Source of the DNA: Hydrolagus colliei
Lineage: Eukaryota
DNA length: 64,000 nucleotides
Direction: 5' to 3'
Assembly: GCA_035084275.1 (NCBI GenBank)
Contig: CM068747.1
Span: 23,188,001-23,252,000 of the forward strand
A program made the translations under genes and the position numbers. Below the pieces are notes generated by a model. It searched no databases. It worked only from the letters and a program-made list of their open reading frames with translations, and was not told the DNA's origin. Shown in pieces: positions 24,001 through 39,000 of the stretch (position 1 is the first letter of the stretch; each line of letters starts with the position of its first letter).

Positions 24001-27000
24001 GGCCTCGGTTTTACATTTCATCCAAAGGACGGCACCTCTGACACTGCAATGCTCTCCCAGCACTGCATTGGAATGTTAGTCTAGGTTATGAGTTCACACT
24101 AGACTCAATGCTTAGCCAAGGGATGAAAACTGCACTCCTCACTTGAGCCTCCTTTGGATTCTATTCCATGTTAGACACAGTTATGTGTGGAGCTCAATGA
24201 CTCAACTCTTTATTCCGGCCAAATCTTAAGGCCGATGGTGCCATCTGGTGGCTGTGAATGTTGTGACCAGTCCGCTCAATATGCCATAAAATTGAGAGGA
24301 CACTTTGGATATGCTCTAAATTTGAATCCAATTGTATTGTTTCTCTCCTCTTTGTCAATTGTGTCACTACTATTCGGGAAGTGCCAGCTCTGATGTTAAT
24401 AGTTTGTCTTCCAGATATGTTGGTAATTCACTTTGTGACCATTCAAATGGACTGCCGCAGATACCAAGTTCTACTTGGCAACAATTAATTTTGACGTGTA
24501 CATTTGTGTACATTACAGTGATTCTGTAAAATGCAAGAATTATTATTGTTCTATTGATGCAGAAAAGCAAACATTATTATTTGGTATTTCTTTGACGCAA
24601 TAACAGCAACAACAGCAGCGACAACTTGCATTTGTATTGCGCCCCCTTCACGCAGGACGGTGTCTCAGAACAGTTCAACGTCAGCAATTGATGCATATGA
24701 TTGACAGTTTTACTTGTTGATTGCGTCTTTGTTTCAGTCAATTCACTGTACAGTATATTTTGTGAAGCGCTTTGAGACGTCTAGAAGATGTTAAAAGCGC
24801 TATGCCAAATGCAAAGATTATTATTATATTATTAAAACAATTTATTTTTCTAGCTCTGTGTCTCCGGCTGGACGACTGTCCACCTCACCCATCAGATCCG
24901 TTAAATCTCCCCTCCTGACACGCAAATCTCAGACCATGACAGCCACCGCAGAATCCTTACCTCCTTGGAAGCAGGAAGATTACGTTTCCGCGAGCGAATT
25001 GAGGATGAGAGAAAGCAGGCTGTCCACCACAACCACAAGCAGCATTCACAGAGAAGAAAAGTGGGAGGGGAGATACGGTCTGCACGGTCAGACATTCATC
25101 ACCGGAATGGCTGGCTCTGGAGGAGGAATTGCCATCGCTGAAGGAGTTTCCATGGCTGCTGGTGCTGCTGGTGCTGCTGGTGCTGCTGGTGGTGCTGCTG
25201 GTGCTGCTGGTGCTGGTGCTGCTCGTATTGGTGGTGGTTTCAGTGCTACCAGCATTGGTGGTGGTGGTGGTGGTGGTGTCAGTGGCTTCAGTGCTACCAG
25301 CATTGGTGGTGGTGGTGGTGCTGTCAGTGACTTCAGTGCTACCAGCATTGGTGGTGGTGGTGGTGGTGTCAGTGGCTTCAGTGCTACCAGCATTGGTGGT
25401 GGTTTCAGCGCAACCAGCATTGGTGGTGGTGGTGGTGGTGTCAGTGGCTTCAGTGCTACCAGCATTGGTGGTGGTGGTGGTGGTGCTGTCAGTGACTTCA
25501 GTGCTACCAGCATTGGTGGTGGTTTCAGCGCAACCAGCATTGGTGGCGGTGTCAGTGCTACCAGCATTAGCGGTGGCGGTGTCAGTGGTTTCAGTGTCAC
25601 CAGCATTGGTGGTGATGTTGGTGGTGTCAGTGCTGCCAGCATTGGTGGCCGTGTCAGTGCTACCAGCGTTGGTGGTGGTGCTGGTGCTGGTGGTGTCAGT
25701 AGTTTCAGTGCTGCCAGCATTGGTTCCTCTAGTGCTATCAGAACCACTACCGTGTCCATGGTTTCCGGAGGCATCCGAACGACCGAAGTATCTGGCGCTG
25801 CCAAGGCTGCCGGGCTTTCCGCAGCGGCGGGAGGCGCCCGAGTTGCTGGAGTCACCATCGTCGATGGAGCTGCTGGAGCCACTGAAATCTCCCGAATTTC
25901 CGGTTCTGGTGCTGCTGTTGGCACTGTGGTTGTCGGCACCGCGGTTGCCGGCAAAGAGGTGAGGACCTTTTTTTTCCCCTATTGTTGTTGTTGCATTTTC
26001 ATCAAAGCATGACCCAGCTCTGACCAGCAAAATTAGAGATTTATTTTAAATTTTATTTTAGGTGATTCAGCTAAATTCTAACCCGGTTTTATTCTGAGTC
26101 TTTGGGCACAGGTGTAATGGGACGGATTCATTTCCAAGCCATGTTAAAGATGGATTCAAACGGATCAATTCAAGATTAAACCCGAACCCTGCTTGAGTGT
26201 GTTTAGCGAAACACGTTTATATTAGTAGTTGAGACTTGAGAGTGGCAAATGATTTGGATTGTTCCTTTAATGTGTATGTATGTACTTGCATCTGCATTTT
26301 GGAAATCACCCGTATGCCTTCATTCGAAAGTGAATACAAACATTTTGAATGTGGGAGGCAGCCTAGAGACTGTTTAATGTTTAGCTACGTGACCTACGTA
26401 TATGCAAAATCAATCTATTTTGCTGTGAAAACCAATTCAGACACAGCATGACCTAGAGAAAACAACAGCTTTAGCTACTGTACTTGCTGCCGTTGAGCAA
26501 GCCAGAGTAAGAGCGCCTGTGATTGCTGCAACCGACGCAGAAAGACGTATCACAGAGAAAGACAAGTCTACAGAACAAGCACAACTATTTCAGGATCAGG
26601 TAGTCTGAACACTCACAACTCATTTTAACTGGCAACTTTCTTTGACCCACGAACCCAGACTTGTAATTTATTTCACAGTCACGTTCACGCAGGGAGCTTT
26701 GATAGCTATCACATCCTTAAACCACCTAGTTTCACCAGTACACTCCTATCCATTGAGAGTGATTTTTGCATGCAGTTGTTGTGCTATTTTAGACTATTTT
26801 GCACAAAAATATCTATTGGAGAGTCAAATGTATTTCTGTGTATTGTGCATTTTGCTGCCAAAAGCAATACCAATTTTTTATATATCTCTTTATTTTTTTA
26901 TTGGAAATGTGGCCCCGAAATCCTCAAACTTTCTTTTATTTTAAAAACTGTTTAGAAACCATGTTTTGGATTGGTAATTTTGCCAACTTTTTACCACAAC

Positions 27001-30000
27001 AAAAAACAGCCTAATGTTAACCCTGTAACATTCGGCTTCTCAAATGCAAATGCGAGAATTATTATTAATGTAAGCTGTGTTCTAAAAACAATTATTTGGA
27101 AAGACCAATCCGACAATGGCAACAAATTCGATTTGTATAGCCCAGGGCCTTGGGACGTCCTCCCAACGTGAAAGGCAATATACAAATGTAATCTGTTGTC
27201 CCTGTAGCGCCTTTCACGTCGGGAGGACGTGTCATTGACAAAGCCCAGACGGTATTGCTTTTAAAAGTCATAGTTAATCTTGTGCAATAAAAGATTAGAC
27301 TATGAGTGCTCTTGCAGACTTAGTCCTTGTTGTCTGCAGATTGAGGTTGGCAAAAAGGCTGAAGCTGTGGCTAAAGTATTGGCTGCTGTGGATCAGGCTC
27401 GTACTAGACAACCTGTGTACGCTGAAGGAGTGCGCACGGCGGAGACATCTTTGGAGTATGACTATGCACAGGGCGATGTATGCGAACGTACCATTGAGCT
27501 TCCCGCTGCAAAACCAACTGCCCCTGCCAAGCAACAAGTTGTCACCACAACTGTCAGAAAAGAGACAGTTATTGTGCCAACCCCTACAAAAATTTCCTAT
27601 GGCGAACATGCTGAAACACGCATTTCACAGGTTAGACTTCATTTCACTCATAAAACAGCGAGCTAACATTAAACAAGGAATCTCTGTTATTCCTTCTAAC
27701 GATGATGATCGTTTTGACGAGCCTTTTTTCTTGCAAAGCTATTATCAGTCACGTGCTGAAATATGACCTAATAAAGAGCGATTTGTTTGGTTGCGTAGAT
27801 TGAAAGAACATCTGAATCCACAGTACACCTGGACCACAAACTTTGCAGTAGCCCAATTCCTCACTTCACTGTTTCAAAAATCACTGTAGCCAAACCAGAA
27901 CCCATCCAAGAGGTAAGGGACAGATTTCTGTATGCCAGGCAAACAAACAGGACTATAAACAGAGGTGGTTAATATAATTGGCAGAAATCCAAAAGCCGCT
28001 CTGAGAAAAATATAGCATTGCCTATTTAGGAAAGCAACTGCTAATTCCCCTACACAGAGTAAACACTTGTTTGGGTATATTTTATCTGATCATTGAAGCA
28101 AATGTAGAATTAGTAACGACGGACATACTAAAGGGGTAAACCATACAGCTATTTATGGCCAGCAGTAAGAAAAAGACATACTGCATTTAGAAATAGTGAC
28201 CAGATTCCACGGTAGAACATCAAAGAAACACATTACGTTTGCCACATTGTTTTGCTTTAATTTCTGGAAAGCAACTCAACAACAAATTACAATTATGTAG
28301 AGCCTTTCATGTCGGGAGGACGTCCCAAGGCGATAATGAAGGGTTTGCATCCGAGCTGGGGGCTGGAGTGAAGAGGGTGGTTGGTCATTGGTGTAATTTT
28401 AGGAATGAGTTACAAATGATTATTAAAAATACATAGATAGAGCCCTATTTCACTTTGGCGGCACAGAATTTCCACAAGATGTTGATATTTGCCTGGCATT
28501 ACAGTGTTCAAAGTTTTGATGTCTCTTTCTTCGAGTATTCAAAAAATATACTTTTGTATTGACACATTTCCTGCACTCTTTGTTTCATCCATTTTACAGT
28601 TTTTCATTACTCCATGTTTTGACCTTCACCATATATTACTAATAGAGATTTTATTTAACACAATTTTGGATATTAATTGACATTCTTTAAACCTAACGCT
28701 TCTTATTTGTAGGATTTTTTTTTCTCTCTCTCTCTTTCTTTGCGGGTGAAACTTTCAGCTGTTCCTCAATGTTTTCCGAAACATCCCACCCTGCATTTTG
28801 CAGACTTTTCTGTTGTTATTCACTTCATTTTCATCCTCACGCAATATTTCCCTCAAAGGCAACCTAATTCAGCTAACACAATAATCCCACCACCATTCCC
28901 CTTCTCATTGTAGCCAGCAGCGTTTTTTTGTCAATTAAAAAAACACACGAAATAAAATAACTTTATTCTCCTTGGCTTGGTTAGGTTTCTATAGCAGGAA
29001 CTGCATTGGTTACTCTGGAAAAAGAATTGGCCGCATCTTCTGCCCTGAAGGTTACCAAGGCAGTGAAACCTCCATTGATAAAAGAGGCCAGATACGTGAC
29101 CGAGGGGAGTGTTTCCCCCCAGCCTCCTTTTAGAGAAGGAACAGACATGTATGAGACACGTTTTGATTCTCAAATGCACAGACATCTAGATTTAAGTGTT
29201 TCAGCCTCACGCAAAGTCGAAGATCATTACATGGCAGAAGTCCAGGTTGGTTCAAACACCAAGTAGTCTTGCCCCCATTATCCTCTAACGTTTGGTGTGC
29301 TTTCCACAAATTAACAGTGATCATACCTTTCCACTTTCAATTTCTCATCGAGATCAACTGTAACAACATTTCCATTTTACCCCTCACTCCTTCCCTCCCT
29401 TCCTCCCTCCTCGGAAACCTTTCCTGAATAGAATAACGTGATATAATTCTAAGCATAACAACAATAGTTGAGTGTGAAGTGTTGAGTCTTCTGCAGGAAG
29501 ATCTTCTCTGTTCAGTGCTTCGATAGATGGTGATTCTCCTCAATGTTCATTTCAAGTCGCATTATAGGATGTGAAACAAGTATAACGCTTTTGTTTTTCT
29601 CCAGATCACAGAACCTGTCGCTGCCCCTGTTCCAATAGAGGTTCTACTTACGCCACCAAGTGTCATTTGTGTAAGTGATTCCTTTTGATTTAAAAGCAAA
29701 CTTTTTTCCTGTTAGACTTTACAGCGTTTTTTATTTTGCTTCCTTTTCACCTCTCGGCCTTTCACCGATCTGGGGGAATTAAAAAGGGTGTGTTGTTACA
29801 CTTTTTTTTCACACAGGGCTTGAAAAATATGACTGTGGTAGAAGGTGAATCTGTGACCCTAGAGTGTGAGATCTCGGGACACCCAATCCCAGCAGTGATG
29901 TGGTTCAGAGAGGACTATCGCATTGAAAGTTCCATTGACTTCCAAATCGTCTTCGAAGCAGGCATCGCCCGTCTTACCATCAGAGAGGCCTTTGCAGAAG

Positions 30001-33000
30001 ATAGTGGCCGCTTCACATGCACCGTCACTAATGAAGCTGGCACCATCAGTACCTCTTGCTATCTTCTTGTTCAAGGTAAGGATTTACTTAGCATTGGACC
30101 AAACGCAGCTTACGAAAATGCGTTGAATCGTTTCCAAAACCAGGTCTCTTAAACTGATTAGTTTCCATTTCAATGTTTGTAGTTTCAGAAGAAATTGAAA
30201 GCAGAGAGGAATGTTCTATTGTGACTGAGCAAATTGCTGCTGAAGGAAAAAGGTATGTACATTCTTTAAAGAATTCCCACAAGAATGGTGGTATTCAGTT
30301 GATCCTGTTTGCTGTGTGTGCAATAATTCTTATTTCTGTACATTTTTTATCTAAGATATTTTTAAAACGTTGCTTGGCCACATATTTAACTTTTTATTCA
30401 TCATTGAATAGTGCAGAAGAATTAAAATAAAATGTGTTAAAATAGATAATAATAATAATCCTTGCATTTGATATAATGCTTTTCAAGTCTTCTGGACATC
30501 TAAAAGCTTCACAGAATATACTGCGAAAGTGAATTGACTGTATTGGTGGGCGAAATGCGGCAGCCAATTGTGCACAGCAGTGTCCCACAAACAGTCATGG
30601 ATTGAATTGACCAATGTATTATAGAGTTTTTTTTGAGGGATTAATATTGGGCGTACGGAGTAAGGAAACTTACCCAAGGTTTTGCCCTGCCTGGATTCGA
30701 ACACAGGTCTCATGCTTGTAAGGTGAGTGCTCTAACCACTCATACCTACGGATTTATCATCAAACCATATCTCCTATAACCTAAACATTTGCTTCTTTCA
30801 AGGGTTGAAATGAAGGTGGAAATTACAGAGTCCAGTATTACCCCTGAATCAGCTGACGCCGTGCCTGGAACCGCTCCGTTCTTTATCAGGAAACCAACAG
30901 TGCAAAAGCTGATTGAAGGTGGAAGTGTCATTTTCGATTGTCAAATTGGTGGCAGCCCCAAGCCACATGTTTATTGGAGAAAGGCTGGAATTCCGCTGAC
31001 TACCGGCTACAGGTACCTGCGGAGCAGAAGCTAAATTCTCATTCATAGCCACTTTACTGTCACCGTTGATTACATTGCTGCTATCTTTCACTGCGTTAAA
31101 TTGGAACAGAAAGCACTGTAACAATAATCCTTACACTTTGAGATAGCACCTTTCACATCAGGAGGATGTCCCCAAACACTTCACAGGAGGTACAGTAAAA
31201 TTGTATTACCTGTGTATTTGTAGGCAAAACTTGTTAGCTGATCAGAAAAGGATATTGTTCTACATTACAAATTATTGTTTTATTTAAAACATTACTGAAT
31301 AACCCTTTTAAAAATGATTAAAACAGCACAAATTAAATATTCAGATTTATATAATACTAATAATAACAATACGTGCATTTGATATAGCGCTTTTCACATC
31401 TTCTAGACAGACTCAAAGCGCTTCACAGAATATACTGTAAAGTGAATTGACTGTATATTTGTGGGCGAAACGCAGCAGCCAATTGCGCACAGCAGCGTCT
31501 CAGAAACAGCTGTGGATTGGAATGACCAATTTTATTATTGTGTTTTTTTTTGGAGGGATGATTATTAAGCATGTGGAGTAAGGGAACAACCCCAAGGTTT
31601 CGCACTGACCAGCCTGGATTCGAGATTTAACTCCTTTATGATGAGGACAAGATACTAAAAACAACCACAGAGCAGTGTTATTCCTTTCAATGGATGTCCC
31701 AGTGAAAATAACCAAATTTTTTTGCTTGGAATAGTGAAGCTGCTAATTCTGCTGGAGCTTTCAATGGAAAGTGTTTTGTTTCTCCGCAGATACAAAGTGA
31801 GGTACAACAAGGAAATTGGAGAATGCCAGCTGGAAATCTCCATGACCTTTGCAGATGATGCTGGTGAATACTCCATTGTTGCTCGCAATCAACAGGGAGA
31901 AGTTTTTGCTTCAGCTCAATTAATGGAAGAAGGTAAGTAGCCATTAACACCATTGATAAAAGCCTATATGGTTTGCAAGCTAAATCTCACACGTTGAATG
32001 GAGATTTAATTACCAATGAGAAACCAAGTCCTTCAAGAATTTTTTTGAAAACAAAAATAACTTTCAGCTTATGAATGGTCAGACAATTTGACTTTAGTTT
32101 GAAATGTAAGATTTAAAATATGTAATTTAATTTGTTGTTTCAAACTAGAGGATACTTCAAAGTACTGTATGTATTTAAAAGATTTGTGTCATCGCGATCT
32201 TTTGGTTTTTATGATTGGTTAAATGGATAGTAATACTTTTGTAACTTGTAGGCTGCGTTAATTCTTATTTCATTTATTTCTAGACGAATACGAAGCTTAC
32301 ATGAAGCAGCACCAGGAAGTAACATATCGAACAGAAATATCTACACAATATGTACAACAACCCAAAGTTGCAGAAGTAGCACCAGTCATTTCGATGACTG
32401 AATATGATAAAGAACAAATACTAATCAGAAAGAAAATGGGAAAAAGTTCCGTTATGATGAAATCCATAATTGAAGAGCAGGTGAGGCTCATCTTAAATTG
32501 AATTCCTACAAACCGAGAAATCTGCTGAACACCAATACTTTATTCATCAGATTGGCTTGCTTATTTGGAATTGCTCTTAAATTAAAGATACATTTCAAAA
32601 TAAAGTGGTGTGCATTTTGTGCAATTATTTAATAATGATAATCCTTGCATTTGATACAGCACCTTATCATGTCTTTGTGGTTTCTCAAAGCGCTTCACAG
32701 AAATTATTGTTTTAATTAATTAGTGCTTCATAATTCACAGAATTGACTGCATTTTGTAGATGAAAGGTGGCAGCCATTTTCACACAGCCTTCCCACAAAA
32801 AGACACAGAGATTTGTGTGCCTTTCGAATGGCCTCCACCAATGAACAGTTTGTTTAAGAAACGTAGTTTTAAAGTAGATTTTCTGGTGCTAATTTTGCAA
32901 CATGCTTAATTTTTCAGGCTGACTTCAGTTGAAAGTATGTCTTTAGATGTATGTTGCCTCGTTCCGTCTAGTTGACTTATTGGCTGCTTAACAAAGTTTC

Positions 33001-36000
33001 AAAAAGTTTATCATCTATAATAGATTTCTTTGCTTTCTCCAGGAATATCACATTTCTGCATTTGAAGAAAGACTTATTAAAGAAATTGAATTTCGAATCA
33101 TTAAGATTACTCTGGAGGAACTTCTTGAGGAAGATGGAGAAGTAATGTCCATGGACTTTTCTGAAGATGAATCTATTGAACCCGGATTTGACTCAACGGT
33201 AAAAAGCTACAGAATTCTCGAGGGAAGAGTGGCTATGTTTCATTGCAAGCTCTCTGGTTACCCATTGCCCAAGGTAAGCAGTTATACCCTAAAACAAGTG
33301 GAGTTAAAAAGACGACATTTAAATGTTGGTGCTCGGATACAGTAATTAATATAAAAGTACAGGTAGACCTCGCTAAACGTTGCTTCGGTCAATATTGTTT
33401 GTTATTACGTCGCTGATACATAGTGGGACATATGTTCATTTAACGTTGCAACGTTCGCGATTACATCGTTCGCGCAGGTGGAAACAAACTACTTTGAGCA
33501 GCGTGGGCATATGTAGCCGCCGATCGTCCGGTGGATTCGCTTAACGTTGTTTCGCTTAAAGTCACACTTTTCACGAATGCAGCTGCGACGTTAAGCGAGG
33601 ACTGACTGAGTGTATATTTTGATTTGTTTCTGTAGTCATTTGATTGTGAGATTAAACCATTGCCCTATTCACAGATCGCATGGTTTAAAGATGGACGGCG
33701 TCTCAGACAAGGAAACCATTATCACATGGAGGTTACCGAGGATGGCAAGGCCAGCCTCCATATTGCTGCAGCCGTGCCCGAGGATGAGGGGATCTACACT
33801 GTATTTGCCAGCAACATCAAAGGCAATGCTATCTGTTCAGGAAAACTCTTCATCGAACCTGTTGGAACTCCAACAGGCCGTGCTTACCTACCAACCACTG
33901 AAGTAATGAAGAGAATCCGGTACGCTCTGCTTGATATCTTCAATCCCCGGGTTCGCTTCTGTTTTGATGTTTAGAAAATGTCTAATTTGTGAGGGATCTC
34001 TCATTATAAGTGATTCCTTTAAATGTCGTTCTCTGCTCTTTAGTTCTGCGTCTCCACGATCGCCAAGCCGTTCACCCGGACGAAGGCTGGAAGACACAGA
34101 CGAGTCTCAACTGGAGAGACTATACAAACCCGTGTTTGTCCTGAAACCCACATCTTTCAAATGTTGCGAGGGACAGACGGCTAGATTTGACCTCAAGGTT
34201 GTTGGCAGACCCATGCCGGAGACATTGTGGTTTCACAATGGTAAGAACAGTACATTTAAAACAACAACAGCAAAATTATATTTGTATCGTGCCTTTCACG
34301 TCGGGGGGGACTTGAAGAATCTAATTGTATAGAAGTAACTTTGGGGATCACTTCCTAATCTGAGACTAAATGGACATATAATTTGAGAATTTTTTTCTTA
34401 TCGCAGGCGTCCAAGTTGTCAACGACTACACTCACAAAATTGTGGTGAAGGAAGACGGGATTCAATCCCTGATCATTGTGCCCGCTCTGCCCAGTGATTC
34501 TGGTGAATGGATTGTCATTGCTCAGAACAGAGGTGGCAAGACCTCAGTTTCCATGACACTCAATGTAGAAGGTAAGTCAGCGGTGATTTCTGTCCCGTGC
34601 AGACTTAGTACAAATGTTCTCTGGTGTTATACTTTTAAATAGGTACATTTTAGGTTGTTTGCAGCTTTTTTTTAACAATAACTTGATTTTGTTTTTGCTT
34701 TGCAGCTAAGGAACATTTGGTGAAACCACAGTTCGTGGAGAAATTGAAAAACGTCAGTGTTAAAGAGGGGACACCTGTTGCAATGTCAGTCAAAGCAGCC
34801 GGGAATCCCAACCCTGATATTGTGTGGCTCAAAAATAGTGAGATCATTGCAGCTCACAAATACCCAAACATCAAGTAAGTGTACTGCAAAGGAAAACCGT
34901 TGTTGGTGATAAAGGCAACGTGGGCAAATGTGGTGTGTTTTTTAACTCTCACCTTCTTGCACTTTCAGAATTGAAGGCACCAAGGGAGAAGGTGCTCTCA
35001 AAATACAGTCCGCAGCTAGTTATGATGCTGCCTGGTACACTGCTACCGCCATCAATAAAGCAGGTCGAGACACAACCAGGTGTAAACTCAACGTCGAACT
35101 CGAGTTTTCTGAACCTGAGCCAGAACGCAGACTAATCATTCCCAAGGGCACATACAAAGCCAAAGAGATATCCGCTCCTGAGCTCGAGCCCCTCCACCTC
35201 CGCTACGGGCAAGAGCAGTGGGAAGAGGGTGACTTGTACGATAAGGAGAAACAGCAGAAGCCCCATTTCAAGAAGAAGACCAATTCGGTTCGACTCAAGC
35301 ATTTTTCCCCAGCCCACTTCGAGTGCCGACTCACGCCAATCGGTGACCCGACCATGGTGGTGGAGTGGTTGCATGACAGCAAACCCCTTGCCGCGGCCAA
35401 CAGGCTTCGCATGATCAGCGAATTTGGCTATTGCAGCCTTGACTACGAGGTGGCCTATCCCAGGGACAGCGGCATCATCACCTGCAGAGCGACCAACAAG
35501 TACGGTGTCGATCAGACGTCAGCCACACTTATTGTGAAAGACGAGAAGAGCCTTGTGGAAGAGTCTCAGTTGCCCGAGGGCAGGAGGGGAATGCAGCGGA
35601 TCGAAGAGCTCGAAAGAATCGCTCATGAAGGTGCTCTGGCCGGTATGTCTGAAGACCTTGGAAAAGAACAAACGGTGCCTGAAATCGTTTTGTTCCCAGA
35701 ACCAGCGAGGGTTTTGGAAATGGAAACCGCTCGCTACCGTTGCCGCGTCACAGGGTACCCACATCCCAAAGTCAACTGGTACCTCAATGGCCAACTCATT
35801 CGCAAGAGCAAACGGTTCAGAGTCCACTACGACGGTATCTACTACTTGGAAATTGTCGACTGCAAATCGTACGATGCGGGCGATGTCAAGATAACCGCTG
35901 AGAATCCCAAGGGGGTCGTCGAACATACCATTAAGCTGGAAGTGACACAAAGAGAAGATTTCAGGTCCATCCTCCGTCGAGCCCCAGAACACAAAGCTGA

Positions 36001-39000
36001 AATGGGACTCTCAGATATCAACAAGCCGTTCTTTGAAGTGGTGAAGGTAGAGAAACAAGCCGATGCAAAGAGCAAAGAAGTTGTGATGCTCAAAAAGGCT
36101 GAACGGATATATCACGAGAAACACACGGAGGAAACTGAGGAGCTACGCAGCAAGTTCAAGCGTAGAAAGGAGGAGGGTTATTATGAAGCTATTACGGCGG
36201 TTGAGCTCAAATTGCGCAGAAAGGATGAGGCCTATGAAGATATGTTAAGGAAACGGAAGGACGAACTTCTTCACTGGACCAAAGAGGTGCCCGAGGAGGA
36301 AAAGAAACCACCGCCTCCCGAAGGCACTGTGACCATCCCAACCTTCAAACCAGACAGAATTCAGTTATCGCCAAGCATGGAAGCCCCCAAGATCTTCGAG
36401 CGCATTCAGAGTCAGACAGTTGCTCAAGGAGATGAAGCTCATTTCCGTGTCAGAGTGGTGGGCAGGCCGGATCCCGAATGCCAGTGGTTTAAGAATGGTG
36501 TCAAGATAGAAAAGTCCGAACGAATCTACTGGTACTGGCCTGAAGACAATGTCTGTGAACTTGTGATCCAAGATGTTGTACCCGATGATTCGGCCAGCAT
36601 CATGGTGAAAGCCATCAATGTGGCTGGAGAAATCTCAAGCCATGCTTTCCTGCTCGTACAAGGTACATTACAATACTAAATTACATTTTTATAGTCCCTT
36701 TCATATAGAGAGAGGATGTCCCAAGGCGCTGGGCGGTCAGGGATTTGGACCCAAGCAGTGGGGTTGGGGGCGGGGGTGGGTTGGATTGGGATCCAGGAGG
36801 GTGGATAGAGGACAGGGAGGATGGAAGGTATGTGTGGTTGAACAGGAGTTTCTTGAAACATGCTTTGATAGAGGCAAAGGAGTGAGGTGAAGGGAATGTA
36901 GGATGGAGTTCTTAAGGGTAGAGGCAGAGAGACTGAATGCTCGACTGCCAATGCCGGACAGAGGACTTGGCGGAGGCCGGAGCACATTGAGCGGAGTGAG
37001 CGGACAGGTTGACTATAGATATTTCATGATGCGCTGAGCAATGTAAGACTAAACACACAATTTTTTTGTTTTGTTGCCCGATGATGACGGTTTATTTTTT
37101 TTTACAGCCAAGCAAATAATTACATTTACTCAGGAGCTGCATGACATCCATGCAAAAGAGAACGCTACAATGGCAGCATTTGAGTGTGAATTGAGTGAAC
37201 CGTTCTTCAAGGTGGAATGGTATAGGAATGGTGTGCACATCGCTAACAGTGAAAAATATCGAACACATTCGGACCGAAGAATTCATTTCCTATCTGTATT
37301 GGGCATTGAACTGAGCGATGCTGCAGAATACACCTGTGCTCTCATTGAAGATAATTCTATACAATCCATAGCTAAGATGACCGTTGAAGGTAAGCGCAAG
37401 AAAATTGTCAAGAATAAAGCAATAAATTTAGTCACCCTAAATTGAAAACAGTGATCAAACTTCATAACATTTCGTTACAATCATTTAGTTAAAAAAACAC
37501 TGAGAACTTTCTTTTTTTCCACATTGTGCACAGTGGCAATTTATACATTTATTATTTGCAAATAGTGCATATTCGAACATTTTAAGCTCATTTTAATTTA
37601 CTATGGAGTAATGATACACTAGATATATATATATATATATATATACCTGTTCTTTGCTTCCAATGAAACCTTGATAATCATTTTCCTACCTTATTGGAGA
37701 AGAAAATTGTTGAGCAATGTTTGAATATTGGTGTCATGTTATAGTTGCTTAATCACAAACCCTTTATATTCATGCAGCGACTGTTCACAAGTTCATCACT
37801 GAGCTTACGGACTTAGAAGTTTCAGAATCCTACTCGGGTGATTTAGAATGTGTCTTCTCACGCGAAGATGCAGAAGGCAAATGGTACAAAGGTGACGTGG
37901 AGATCCACAGCAGCGGCAAATACTACATGTCTTCTCGTCGTGGCCGTCACCTTCTTACTGTCAAGGATGTTGTGAAGGAAGATCAGGATTTATACAGCTT
38001 TGTCATCAATGGCGAAAGGACAAGTTGCACTCTGAAGATGAAACGTAAGTGAACTGTTCCGTATGCATAAGAAAGTTGCCGAGAGAAACATGAACTGACT
38101 CGAGCATTTTCTGCAATGTATTTCAGGCAGGTCGGGGCGAAGGCTTGTGCAAGTTTTCTTACTCCACAAGCCTAATAATGATCCCTCCAAAAGAACACAA
38201 TAATAAAATTGGTCATTTCAATCTACAACTGTTTGTGGGACACTGCTGTGCGCAATTGACTGCCACGTTTTTGCACACAAATATACAGTCAATTCACTTT
38301 ACTGTATATTCTGTGAAGCGCTTTGAGTCTGTCTAGAAGATGTGAAAAGTGCAATATTAAATGCAAGGATTATTATTATTATTATTAGATGCACAGAGAC
38401 GTGGGTTTAACTGACACCGAAATTGTGCCACACAAAATTAAAGCTGACTGTGAATTTAAAGAATCTGGATTTAGAAACATTACTGGGGGTTACAACAACA
38501 ATAAGAACAACAAATGATACCTGTATAGCAAGCTTCACATTGGAAAGATGTCCCAGGACACTGGACAACCAGGGTTTTTCAGATCCGAGCTGGGCTATTG
38601 ACTTAAATCAATTTTTCTCATTTTGTAGCGATCGCTGTGACAATCCTCCATGGCCTTGCAGACCAAATGATTTGTGAGGGAGATATTGCCCAATTTGAAG
38701 CGAAATTCTCTCAAGAGAACGTTGAAGGTGTCTGGATGAAGGACGGCTGTGTACTGCAGGCGAATGAGCGCATTCACATCGTGATTGACAAAGCTTCACA
38801 TATGCTGTTCATCGAGGATGCCGTGAAAGATGATGGTGGCACCTATTCATTTCATGTCACTGATTTTGACCTCTCAACATCTGCACGTTTAAGTGTGCAG
38901 CGTAAGTATTCATTTATTTATCAAAATATATATCTATACATATACACATATATATATGTAAAGCCTTAAACAAATAAGAAATAACTAAACAACAAATAAC

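Noticed and set aside
24957-26030. Long overlapping ORFs (357 aa and 288 aa on minus, 277 aa Val/Leu-rich on plus)
   Set aside because: Shadow frames of the GGT/GCT-rich coding repeat in titin exon 7, which lacks stops in several frames
35519-35992. 157-aa antisense ORF within titin exon 28
   Set aside because: Typical antisense shadow of a GC-richer coding exon with no independent gene signals
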